Made by a program: the position numbers and the translations under genes
In this document: piece after piece, positions 1 through 12,059 of the stretch
Position numbering within the stretch: position 1 is the first letter of the stretch
Layout of the letters: every line of letters starts with the position of its first letter
Assembly (NCBI RefSeq): GCF_018350175.1
Contig: NC_058368.1
Span: forward strand, 96,288,001 to 96,352,000
Origin: Felis catus
Taxonomy: Eukaryota
Length of the DNA stretch: 64,000 nucleotides
Reading direction: 5' to 3'
Notes under the pieces: generated by a model
What the model was told of the DNA's origin: nothing
What the model saw: only the letters and a program-made list of their open reading frames with translations
The model's database searches: none

Positions 1-320
1 ATATTATATATCTCTTGTTCCTGGTGAAGGTCCTGAAGGCCAAGTGTGCCCAGTGTGGGGCTTGATCTCCTTACTCCTCTGTGCTTGTAATATCCCTCCC
101 TTTTGTGGGCAACCACACGGGGCATTTGGTTCCCAACCGTGTCTCTGCTGTTTTTCCCCTTTGCTGTGTGGCCTTCTCTTTATATCTTCAACTGTGGAAG
201 GTCTGTTTTGCCCGTTTTCAGGTTGTTTTCAGAGTGAGAAGCATTACATGTAGTTGTCTTGGTGTGTCCAGGGGGGGAGGTGAGCTCAGGATCCTCCTCC
301 TACACTGCCATCATCCCCGA
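1..320 (-). mobile_element. LINE-1 5' UTR end (element continues beyond window start)
   Basis: Minus strand reads GATGATGGCAGTGTAGGAGGAGGATCCTGAGCTCACCTCC, the same 5' terminus motif as the L1s ending at ~14280 and ~30357 and starting at ~30980. Confidence 0.85.
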
Positions 321-2944
321 GAGTCTGTTCAACAATTCACTTTCTTAAATACATACATACATGTCTTGTAATTTTGTTCACTTTAGTTATCTGCTTTTTG
401 ATAAAAAGAAAAGCTATTTATATTACTCTAAGTGAATAAGGTGCACTATAAATCCAGAACAGCCTCAGGCTCTGAATGAAGCAGCCAGAACTGCTGAGAA
501 AAAAAAAGGCAACTTTAAGTTATCCATTATGGACATGTGCTTTCCAGCCCTAACTGAATACTTTCAAATAGAATCCCCATCAGTCTTCGGGTGTGTAGGT
601 TTTGATCCTCCAAAAACTAAGAATTTGACTCAAAATGAATGATCCATATCTGTAAACGGCAACCTTCAGAATATCCCAGTAGTAAAATTGGGTAGAATTC
701 TTTAAGAATGCATGCAAAAGGAACTCTGTCATTAAATGGAAACAAATGCTGCTATTTCTTTAAAGGATTATGACTCTGGTTTTCTAACTTTACCCACGTT
801 ATAGTCAGGTAAGAATATTTATGCATAGACACAGGACTAGGTAAAGATGAGCTGCCCTGTGGGTTAAAAGAACTCCCCAGGTCAATTGTTTCATCTTAAA
901 ACCTAAACACATTCTTATAAAACTTAATAGACTTATACATTGGTTGGTTAACTACATAATAAATAAAATTTTACCACAGGCCAAAACATATGTCTTACAG
1001 GAGCAAATGTAAAAAAAAATAATCACAAAGAGCAAACCTCTTCTCTTTTCTGTGTGTTTTCTAATAAAAGAGATGTCAATTCTATAAAGTAGCCAGTGGT
1101 TTTTAAAAGAAAAAATAGCATGGATTCTTTAACTCTTAATGAGGCAATATTTCCATAGGATTGACTCATTAAAAACAGATTGATTCCATGTCATAATTAA
1201 ACTATATGACCTAAAGTTTGTGTTTAGTTTGAAAAATAAATATAAAAATAAATGATAGTTGCTGTCAAGACATAATGCACAAGATCATTAAGGAGATGGT
1301 TTTATTCAGTTCAGTAAAATATGGAGAATTTTCATTAATGAGAAACATCTCACAGGAAGGACAACTGGGTTTGATAAAAGGGGACATTCATTAGGAAGGG
1401 CAGAAGTGCGTGGTATCTTGAAACACACAAGGTTCCAAGTTGGCCTTTGCAGATAGCAGTGTCCCAGAATGCAAACAATGTATGTGGGGGTATGGGGGTT
1501 AGAGAGAAAATGATGGAGGAATTTATTAACTATTTTTTTTCTGACAGTACAGGCTCAAAAGTTCAACATTGTCACTGTCACTTATTTAAACCTTCAAAAA
1601 CCTTGCTAGAATAATCACACATTAGGCATACACATACAGATCTCAAAACTCCTTAATATTTATTGTCCCCACTTTACCGGTGCAGAGATAAATGTACTTG
1701 GGGGTAGTTTGGAGTAGGGTACCAGCTTGTTCCACTGAAAAATTCAGCTTGGGTGTAAGAAGAAAAGGTTATTGTCTCAACTTTAGTATCCATAAAAGTT
1801 CTACCTAATGGCAATGCAATAGCCATTTCCTAAACTTTATTTATTTTCATCACATTATGGGTACAATAAAATCTGCAGATTTGATTTTTAATGAAATGGA
1901 AGAAAGTTGCCATGAAATACTTAAGGAGCTCTGGAATGACACACTGGCCTGACTGGGCTGCTAGACACAAAAGAATAGATGAAGGACAGAGGAACAGGCT
2001 CTGCCCATGGCTGGGCATGCATCTCATTTTGCGAGCATGGGCTTCTGGGGAAAAAAAAAAAGCATCAGGTAGAGGGCCAGAAAAATGGTGGGAGATAGTT
2101 TGGTTTTTAATGTGATCTTTCCTTACAAATTTCAAATTAAAGAAATGTTCATAAAAAATAAAAATAAAAATAAAATAAAACCATGATTGATTAGTAATGC
2201 CTGGTAAGGGCATGGATTAGTAAATGATAGCATACATGCTATATGTTTGACTTCCATGCCCTCTACTAGCAAGAACAAACAGATCATTAACACATCAGTT
2301 TGACTTTCACTCTATTTTCTTTCCTTTTTTAATTTTTGGAGTACACACTTGCCTTCTACGTTTTAGTATTTAGTATGGAATAAACTAAAAGTCTTAGCTT
2401 CCTCGGCAATAAATTTCTAGCACTGGGAAGCAAGTAATGGAGACATTTGCTTGGGAGGACAGCACTGCCTTTCCAAAATTGTGTCATATGATACAACAAC
2501 TCACTTCACTCTGGCTGAAATTGCTCCTTCATTTTTGTGACTCCACAAATTTATTTGCCTTAGACAAATGGAAGATTTACCTTAATAATCTTCCCTTAAT
2601 AAAAGCTCTACTCACAACCTAAAAAAAAATGATTCAAGTGTTCTGAAAAGTCTGTGAATACGTGGCAACAGTGAACATATCGTGATGTTGCCATTGCTTC
2701 CAGGCCATTCTGTCACAGCCTGTGTATCTTGTGTATGTTGTGGTTGGTGAATCCGAGGAATTACATACTTCAGAATGATCTCTAGAAGGTTTCACATGAA
2801 AAATCTCTCCGGCAAATTATAAAAGTGTGACTTCATCTAAGGAACCATTGGGTTTTCCCTTATCTGAATGCGATGATTCCTTATTGATTCATAGAATCCC
2901 TTTTGTTTTGGTGCCTGGGAAGCTCTTAGTCAAGTTTGAACACT

Positions 2945-3022
2945 CTTGAATTATGTTCTCCCAAAACAACATGTTGACATTCTAACCCCAGTACCTCTGA
3001 ATGTAACCTTATTTGGAAATAA
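2945..3022 (+). mobile_element. MaLR (MLT1-like) LTR fragment
   Basis: TGAATTATGTTCTCCCAAAA...CTAACCCCAGTACCTCTGAATGTAACCTTATTTGGAAATA resembles the recalled MLT1B/C 5' end. Confidence 0.7.
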
Positions 3023-3156
3023 CAGCATGATTCACAGGTTGTATCGTGGAAGAAAGGTCCACCAATATATTTTTCAAGTGATAAATTGAGGACAACAATT
3101 TTACTGCCCCCTGCATTTTTTACTTAATTGATCAGTATAAACAAATTTACTCTAAA

Positions 3157-3364
3157 TTTTTGTTTAATGTTTATTTCTGACAGGGAGAGAGACAGAGCAT
3201 GAGTCGGAGAGGGTCAGAGAGAGAGGGAGACACAGAATCCAAAGCAGGCTCCAGGCTCTGAGCTGTCAGCACAGAGCCCTATGCGGGGCTCGAACCCACG
3301 GACTGAGAGATCATGACCTGAGCCGAAGTCGGACGCTCAACTGACTGAGCCACCCAGGCGCCCC
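3157..3364 (-). mobile_element. Can-SINE (felid SINEC_Fc type)
   Basis: GGGGCGCCTGGGTGGCTCAGTCAG head, (CT)n, A tail; TSD TAA(A/G)CAAATTTACT. Confidence 0.97.
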
Positions 3365-3724
3365 TAAGCAAATTTACTTTAAAACTTAGTATACTGCCAA
3401 GAGTTGGATTCTGTCGGGAGCCCAGGTCATAGGAGAACTGTGCCTGTGCCCCGTCTGCGTAATAGCCAATATTGACACCACTCAACCTCCCTCAACATCT
3501 ACGGATGGCTCATTGAGGTCCTTATCTGCTCCTAAGTGCAAATGTTCCATTTTCAAAATTTTAGGTCTCATTCACTATCTGTAAAGTCTTCCCAAAGTGC
3601 TAACACTTATTTATAAAGACCATTGCCTCTGGTTTTCCTAACTGCTTTCAAGCCCAGGCTTGAGCTGGGTTTCTCCACACTAGCTGGGAATTTGATCTGC
3701 CTTCCAGTAGCATTCTGGGGGAGC

Positions 3725-4120
3725 GTATTAGTTTCCCAGAGCTACCATAATAAAGTACCACAAACTGGGTGGCTTTAAAAAACAGATACTCTCTCACAGT
3801 TCTGGAGGCTGAGTTTGAGCTCCAAACAGACAGAGCACCGTTTGCTCTGTCTGAAGGTTCTGGGGGATGATCAGTACAATGCCTTTCCCTTAGCTTCTGG
3901 TGTTGCTGGCAATCCTTGACTTACAAATGCTTCACTCCAATCCCCACTCTTGTCAACACGTGGCATTCTCTCTCTCCATTTCCTCACATGCCTTCTCTGT
4001 GATTATCATCTATCTCTGTGTCTTTTCTCTTCTTACAAGGACACAGTCATATTGCATTAGAAGCCACTCTACTCCAGTATCATCTTACAAATATATCAGT
4101 GGACCTTTACTTTCCTGATA
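3725..4120 (-). mobile_element. MaLR (MLT1B/C-like) solo LTR
   Basis: GTATTAGTTTCCCAGAGCTACCATAATAAAGTACCACAAACTGGGTGGCTT...CTCTCACAGTTCTGGAGGCT, a typical MLT1 end. Confidence 0.85.
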
Positions 4121-4292
4121 GAACCTGATAATCACACTGTATCCTTAGGCTTTTATCTCCATTCATCCTTCCTCAGTGTATAGTGTTCAACATCACACAT
4201 GTAAAACGTGGCTTGATAAAAGTCTTTAAAAACATGTATATGGAGTGATTCAAATTAATTGGAAAAATAAAGAAATTTCCACATGTTACTGA

Positions 4293-4723
4293 ATGTAGGA
4301 GAAGAAAACTTTTCCTTCTTCTCGGTTCTCTGTCTATTCTCTAATTATATGAAGTCCCAAAGATAGGAGGCTCAAAGAAGTGACCGGACAGCCTTTATAC
4401 CCTTTAGATAAAGAAACAATACATTTGTGTAGAATTGACAAAACAAAGGATTTTGGACTTGGGGTAGTAAAAAAGTGAAGAAGTAACAATCTTTTTTATG
4501 CAGTTTTCTTAGCCCTAAATTTCCTATCTCTGGTGATAAGGATGCTTTCTTCCCTCCTGGTATAGGGAGGGTGCCCTCCCATAGGAAATTCATTTCCTGC
4601 TCTCAGAGAGACACTGGAGGGTCAGAATGTCCTTGCACCTGCTGTTTCTTAAATAACTTTAATTCAAAACAATCAGTATGTCAAAGTGGTATTTTTTGAG
4701 GAGGCATATTCTGCCCCCCCTCA
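4293..4723 (-). mobile_element. ERV1-class solo LTR (MER34-like/carnivore LTR)
   Basis: Ends with ATGTCAAAGTGGTATTTTTTGAGGAGGCATATTCTGCCCCCCCTCA; same terminal motifs as the copy at ~49.9-50.4 kb. Confidence 0.7.
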
Positions 4724-5838
4724 GGTTGTGTTCAGTAGGTTCTAACTTTCTAACTCCTGTTACAGCACAGGAGTACCCCATAAATGTATGAGGCAAAAGA
4801 AATCATCACAGCAAGGCCCTGATCTTAAGTCTCAGAAGGCAAGGATAGCAAACAATAATGAGCTTATTTCTAGCCAAATGAGCCTTTTATTACTTACCCT
4901 TAACTTCTGAATATTTCATCAGTGCTTCACTGAGACAGAAATGACACTGTATTATTTTTTTAAATAAGGTATCAGTGAATACGTGGTAATGGTTATTGAA
5001 TCAGAAAATTTGTTCTAAGGAGGGTATAAATAAAAGTTATGGTAAAGAGGCTACAGCACCTTTATCGCACCAGGCTTTCATTCCAAAGAACCAGACTTTT
5101 GATAAATGTGCAGTCTAGTTGTTTTAATAAGATTGAAGTTTGCAGTGGAGGTTAGATTACATCCCTTCAGAGTGGCTCATTAAATTCTACTATCACTTCT
5201 TGTCCATTACCGAACAGTGTCCAGCCTTCATGGGAGAAAAAGGGGGGAAAAGTGTTCTAAGGTTCTTTACATAAAGATACAACTACATTTTATGCTGTGT
5301 CCCTAAACTTTTCCTACTTTTTCAGTAACGTATCTATTTCAGGTACTTATTTTCTTTTTAAGACACAGGTGATATTTACCCAGATCATCAAATTTACCAA
5401 TATTCACTCAGTGTACATTTAGTTATCTTCAAGATCTATGGAAAAGTTATTTTCTGGGCTTGGTTGATTAATGAGGGGAAGTTTCACATTTCCCTATGTT
5501 TGCATTGAGTCCATCAGGAGTTGATGTCATTGTTGCAGCCGATCCCATATGGAGTTACCAGCAGCCTCCTTCCTTAGTATTACCAGACTAAATAGTAATG
5601 TAGTTTTTTGTACATTTGTTTGTAGCTGCTAGTTTCCTGAACACATCATCCTTTGGAAGATCCCATTCTTTTTCACCAGTCTAATAAATTATTTCTCACT
5701 GAATTAAAAAAGTATTTAATTTTTAGTCACCCAAGGAGTGAGATCAGAATAAGCTATTCCTATATTAAAAGGAGGGAAATAAAAGTGACCTCCATCCCCA
5801 GCCAACCGCCCCAAGACAAAGGGAAAGAAATGTCTAAG

Positions 5839-6059
5839 TTTTTTTTTAACTTTTTTAATGTTTATTTATTTTTGAGACACAGAGAGACAGAGCATGAATG
5901 GGGGAGGGTCAGAGACAGAGGGAGACACAGAATCTGAAGCAGGCTCCAGGCTCCGAGCTGTCAGCACAGAGCCCAACACAGGGCTCGAACTCACTGACCG
6001 TGAGATCATGACCTGAGCCAATATAGGATGCCCAAACGACTGAGCCACCCATGCACCCC
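5839..6059 (-). mobile_element. Can-SINE (felid type)
   Basis: Full SINE consensus; TSD GAAATG(T/C)CTA(A/G)GTTT. Confidence 0.97.
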
Positions 6060-8998
6060 TGAAATGCCTAGGTTTCAACTCCTGTTTTTAAAACTCTTCT
6101 CCTCCCAAAATTCTTCATAAGATGGAATTCAGCTAATTCTGATTCACCTAAGCATTTGCCATGTTCTGTCACTACCAAAATGTGTAAATGCAGAATAAGT
6201 AATAATTATAGCATAGTTAGGGGTTTCTTATGGTTGCTTGGTGTTGTATGGCAGACTCCTGGAAGGCAGGGATGATTCCCACTGTTTATTTGTGGCTTTC
6301 ATAGTGTCAACTACAAAATCATAACAAGGCAGTGATGCCTGTTATCAACGTTGTTTTTCATATGTATAAGATACATTTTTTCCTTATCATTTCCAGTGCA
6401 ATATCAAGGAATCGTGTTAGACATTGACAGCCAAGCATACAGGGACTACAGAATCAACTTTCCAGGTCTTTTCCCTACTATTCCCCTTTGGAAACTCACC
6501 AAGACTAGTCAAGGCATTACCTGCCATTTTCTCCAGTTAAAATAATGCTCACTCTGGCCCTTTCATTGGCATAAGTGAGCCCTTTCTACTGAAATATATA
6601 TTTTTTGGTGTTACCCTTCTTTTCCTGTCACCTCTACTTAAAAGTTTTCTGAGAAACAAACTTCACTTACTAGCTAGTTAACTATAACACTGCCTTTAAA
6701 ATGTTGAAGGATTTTAAGATCTGCTTTCTTTATTCACTAGTCTAGATTATATGAGATAATACACTTTTGTATATTCATCATTTGTAGCTTCACTTAATTG
6801 TCAGCTTTCTTGAAAGTTTACTTCTGCATTATTCCCATAAACCAGGCCATAAAAATTGTTTTGAAAAAAAAAAAAACACAAATAAGAAAGTTGAATGAAT
6901 CACTTTCTCTCCATTTAGAAAGTTTGCCTTTTACTGTGTCAATAAAAGCTTCCATCATTCTATACTCTTTACCACTCGAGGAAAAAAAAAAGGATACTAT
7001 ATAAATTATATCACAGTATTATTTTTTAAAGTACCAGCTCTGTAACTATAACAGTATATAATACCAAGAGTATTTTTAACTAAACTTTAGAAAGTTATGT
7101 ATAATGAATAAGAATTTAGTTTACATTTTGACACAAACGACAATTTAATATTTTCTTTTTATGAATCTAAGTATGTGAAATCAAAGATTTGGGGAAGGTT
7201 TATTTTTATTTTTATTTGAAATGCCAGCATAAAATATTATATTAGCTTTAGTTGTACAACATAGTGAGTTGACAATTACGTGCATTACAAAATGCTTACC
7301 ACGATAAATGTAGCTACCATCTGCCACCATGCAAAGCTGGCACAATATTTTTATTATAGTCCCTATGGTGCACTTTTCATTCCCCTCACTTGCTTATTTT
7401 ATAACTGGAAGTTTGGACCTTTTAATCCCCTTTACCCCTTCCGCATGTGCCCCCTATCCACCCCTCTAACTACCACCAGTTTGTTCTCTCTGCTCATGAG
7501 TCTGTTTCTGTTTTTTTGTCAGTTTGTTTTGTTTTTTAGATTGCACATATAAGTGAAATCACATGGTATTGGTCTTCCTCTGACTTACTTTGCACAAAAC
7601 CTTCTATGTCCGTTCACGTTCTCCTGAATAGCAAGATCTCACTCTTTTTATGGCTGAGTAATAGTTCATCAGATATGCCACATCTTCTTTCTCCGTGCAT
7701 CTATCAGTACATAGTTAGTGTTTGCACATCTTTGCAACTGTAAATACTGATGCAATAAACAGAGGGGTGCATATATCTTTTTGAATCAGTATTTTAAGTC
7801 AAGTAAAAATTCAGAAGTAGAATTAGATCATCGTGTATTTCTATTTTAATCTGAGGAATCTCCATACTGTTTTCCACGGTAGCTGCACCATTTTTCATTC
7901 CTACTAACAGTGCATGAGGGTTCATTTCCACACATTCTCTCTGACACGTGTTATTTCTTGTCAGTTTGATACTAGCCATTCTGACTAGTGTGACTTGCTA
8001 TCTCCTTGTGGTTTTGATTTGCATTTCCCTAATAATTAGTGATGTTGAGCATCTTTTAATGTGCCTTGTGGCCACCTTTCTGTCTTTGGAAAAGTATCTA
8101 TTCAGGTCCTCTACCCATTTTTTAAACAGATGTTTTTGTTGTTGTCGAGTTATAACAGCATATTTTGTGTTTTGGATATTAATCTCTTAGCAAATATATC
8201 ATTTATAAATATATTTTCCCATTCAGTTGGCTGACTTTTCATTTTGTTGTTGGTTTCCTTCACTCTGGAAGAGCTTTTTAGTTTGATGTTGCCGCAACTA
8301 TTTATTTTTGCTTTTGTTTCCCTTGTCTGGGGAGACATGAAGAAAAATAATGCTAAGGCCACTGTCCAAAAGTTTATTGCATGTGCTTTCTTTTAGGAGT
8401 TTTTTCAGTCCATTTTGAGTTTATTTTTGAGTACAGTCAAAAAAGTAGTCCAGTTTCATTCTTTGGCTCATAGCTGTCACATTGCCAGCATCATTTATTG
8501 AAGAGAAGGTCTTTTCCCCATTGAATATTCTTGCTTCCTTTGTCATAGTTTAGTTTACTATATAAATATGGATTTATTTCTGGACTCTCTATTCTCCAAT
8601 GATCTATGTATCTACTTTTGTGCCAGTGCCATACTGTTTTAATTAGTATAGCTTTTTAGTATATCTTGAGCTTTGGGATTATGATACCTCCAGCTTTGTT
8701 CTTTATCAAGTTTTCCTTGGCTAGTCAGGGTCTTTTGTACTTCCATATGTATTTTAGGATGTTCATTTTAGTTCTGTGAAAAATACTCATGGTATTTTGA
8801 TCTACAGTGCATTAAATCAATAGATTACTTGGGGTAGTATGGGCATTTAAGAATATTAATTCTTATAATCCACGCACATGGAATATCTTTCCATTTGTTT
8901 CTGTTGTCTTCAATATCTTTCATCAGTGTCTTAAAGTTTTTAGAGTACAAATATTTCACCTCCTTTTTTAAATGTATTCCTAGGTATTTTACTCTTTT

Positions 8999-9213
8999 TT
9001 TAAAATTTTTTAACGTTTTATTTATTTTTGAGACAGGGAGAGACAGAGCATGAACAGGGGAGGGTCAGAGAGAGGGAGACACAGAATCTGAAACAGGCTC
9101 CAGGCTCTGAGCTGTCAGCACAGAGCCCGACGCGGGGCTCAAACTCACGGAGCACGAGATCATGACCTGAGCCGAAGTCGGCCACTTAACCAACTGAACC
9201 ACACAGGTGCCCC
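8999..9213 (-). mobile_element. Can-SINE inserted in L1
   Basis: SINE consensus; TSD GGTATTTTACTCTTTTT. Confidence 0.97.
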
Positions 9214-11872
9214 GGTATTTTACTCTTTTTAATGCAACTGTAAACATCCTTGTTTTCTTAATTTCTTTTTCTGTCATTTCATTACTAGTGGAGAGAAACA
9301 CAACAGATTTCTAAATAGTCATTTGTATCCTGCAACTTTATTGAACCTATTTATTTATTACATCTACTTTTATTTTTCTTCAGTCTTTAGAGCTTTACAT
9401 ATATGGAATCATTTCATCTGCAAATGGTGACAGTCGAATCTTCCTTACCAATTTGGATGCCTGTTATTTCTTTTTCTTGTCTGATTGGCCTGATTATGTC
9501 TTCATAAACTACGTTGAAAACACGTGGTGAAAGTAGATCTCTTAGTCTTGTCTGATCTTAGAAGAAAAGCTTTCAGCTTTTCCCTGCTAAGTATGAAGTT
9601 AGCCATGGTTTTGTAATATGTGGCCTTTATTATGGTGAGGTAGGTTTCTTCTTTTCGTACTTTGTTGAGAATTTCTATCATGAATTGGTGTCGTATTTTG
9701 TCAAATGCTCTTTCCGCATCTATTGAGGTGGTAATACAATTTTTATATTTCATTTTCATAATGTGTACTGTGCTGATTAATTTGCATAATTGAATCATCC
9801 TTGCATCCCTGAACAAAATCCCACTTAGTCTTTGTGTATGATCCTTTCTATTCATTTTTAAATTCTGTATGTTAATATTTTATTGAGGATCTTTGCATCT
9901 AAGTTAATCAGGGATATTGGTCTGTAATTTTTTTTTTTTTTTCCTACTGTCATTGTGTGGTTTTGGAATCAAGGTAATGCTGGCTCTACAGAATGAGTTT
10001 GGAAGCATTCATTCCTCTTCTGTTTTCCAGAATAGTTTGAGAAGGATAAGTATTAACTCTTCTTTAGATGCTTAGTAGATTTCATCTGTGAGGCCATCTG
10101 GTCTCGGAGTTTTTGTTGGCAGCTTTTTTATTGCCAACACTATTTCATTATTAATAATTGATTTATTCAGATTTTTTATTTCTTCTTGATTCAGTTTTGG
10201 GCATTTTAGATTTCTTGGAATTTATCCATTTATTCTAAGTTGTCCAATTTTCTTCTAGGTTGTCCAATTTTGCACTGTAGTGTCTTACAATCTTTTGTAT
10301 TTCTGTGGTATTAATTTTAACTTCTGTTTCATTTCTGGTCCTCTCTCATTTCTTGATGAATCCAGCTAAAGGTTTATCAATTTTGTTTATTTTCAAAAAG
10401 CAAAGTCTTAGTTTTATCTTTTGTTGTCGTTGTTGTTTTTTTTACTCTATATTTCTTTTTTTTTTTTCTGCTCTAATCTTTATTATTTCTTTCCTTCTAC
10501 TAAATTTGGGCTTTGTTTTTTTTCTTCTTTTTCTAGTTCTTTGGGTATAAGTTTGGACTGTTTAATTGAAATTTTTCTTGTTTCTTCAAATAGACCTGTA
10601 TCACTAGCAACTTCCCTCTTAGAACTGCTTTTGCTTTGTACAAAGATTTTGAACTGTTGTGTTTCCATTGACATTAGCCTCAAGGTATTTTTTGACCCAT
10701 TGGTTATTTAGGAGCATGTCATTTACCCATAGTTGGTTTATGTTTTTTCCATATTTCTTATTGTAATTGATTCCTAGTTTCATAACCACTGTGGTTAGAA
10801 AATAAGTTTGATATTATTTCAGTGTCCTTGAAATTTGTGAGACTTTTTCTGTGATACAATGTGTGAAGTATCCTGGAAAATAGTCCACATGTACTTGAAA
10901 AGAATATTAATTCTGCTGTTAGGGCATGGAATATTCTGTATGTATCTTTTAAGTCCATTTCATCTAGTGTGTCATTTAAAGTGTTTTTCCTTAGTGATTT
11001 TTTGTCTGGATGATCTGTCCACTAATGTAAGTGGGGTGTTAAAGTCTCCTACTATTATTGTATTATTGTCAATTTCTCCCTTTCTATCTGTTAGTATTTG
11101 CCTTTTGTATTTAGGTACTCCTGTGTTGGGTGCATCGATATTTACAATTGCTATATCCTATTGCTGGATTGATCCTTTTGTCATTATGTAATACCCTTCT
11201 TGGTCTCTTATTATAGTCTCTGTTTTAAAGTCTACTTTGTCTGAGTAGTGCTACCTAAAATTTTTTCGCTTGTATTCACATGAATTACCTTTTACCAATC
11301 TTTCACTTTCAGTCTATATATGTCTTTATGTCTCAAGTCTGTCTTTGGCAGGCAACAAATACATTGTTCTTGTTTTTTTTGTTTTTGTTGTTGTTTCTCT
11401 TTTTGTTTGTTTTTTAATTCAGTCACTCTGTATTTTTTGATTGGAACATTTAGTCTACTTACATTTAAGGTAATTATTGATAGGTATGTACTGATTGCTG
11501 TTTTCAGGTTATTTTTGTAGTTCTTTGTTCCTTTCTACTACTTTTGATCTCTTTTCCTGTTATTTGATGACTTTCTTTAGTGTTATGCTTAGGTTCCTTT
11601 CTCTCTATTTTTTTGTGAATCTTTATAAGTTTTTAGTTTGTGATTATCATGAGGTTTATATATAATATCCTATGTATATAGCTCTGTGCATTAAATTGAT
11701 GGTTGCTCAAGTTTGAACACTTATGTTTTGCTATATGTGATATATCTTTTTACTTTGTGTATTCCTTGACAAATATTTATAGATATATTGATTTTACTAC
11801 TATTTTAACCTTCATACTAGCTTTATAAGTAATTGACTCACCACCTGTACTGTATGTTTGATTTTATCAGTG

Positions 11873-12059
11873 ATTTTTTTTTTTTAAATTTCAGAGAGTG
11901 TGAGTGGGGAAGAGGAGCAGAGGGAGAGAGACAGAATCTCAAGCAGGCCCCACACCTAGTGTGGATCCACACACAGGGCTCCATCTCCTAAGTGCAAGAT
12001 CAAGATGTGAGCCAAAATCAAGAATCAGACACTTAATTGACTGAGCAACCCAGGTACCC
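11873..12059 (-). mobile_element. Older Can-SINE inserted in L1
   Basis: Diverged GGGTACCTGGGTTGCTCAGTC head; TSD TGATTTTTTTTT. Confidence 0.9.

Noticed and set aside
766..808. Plus-strand exon-like segment (tttctttaaag|43 nt|gtaaga)
   Set aside because: Stops in all three frames; shows how often splice-like motifs arise by chance here
2662..2694. Inverted repeat TGGCAACA...TGTTGCCA (possible hairpin RNA or RFX half-sites)
   Set aside because: An 8-bp stem is too short for a pre-miRNA and the spacing does not fit an X-box; expected by chance
4898..5435. Resemblance of the joined peptide TLSEYCEALMK to the p47phox PX-domain helix
   Set aside because: Only about 10 residues, depends on a hypothetical junction, and the rest of a PX domain is not recoverable
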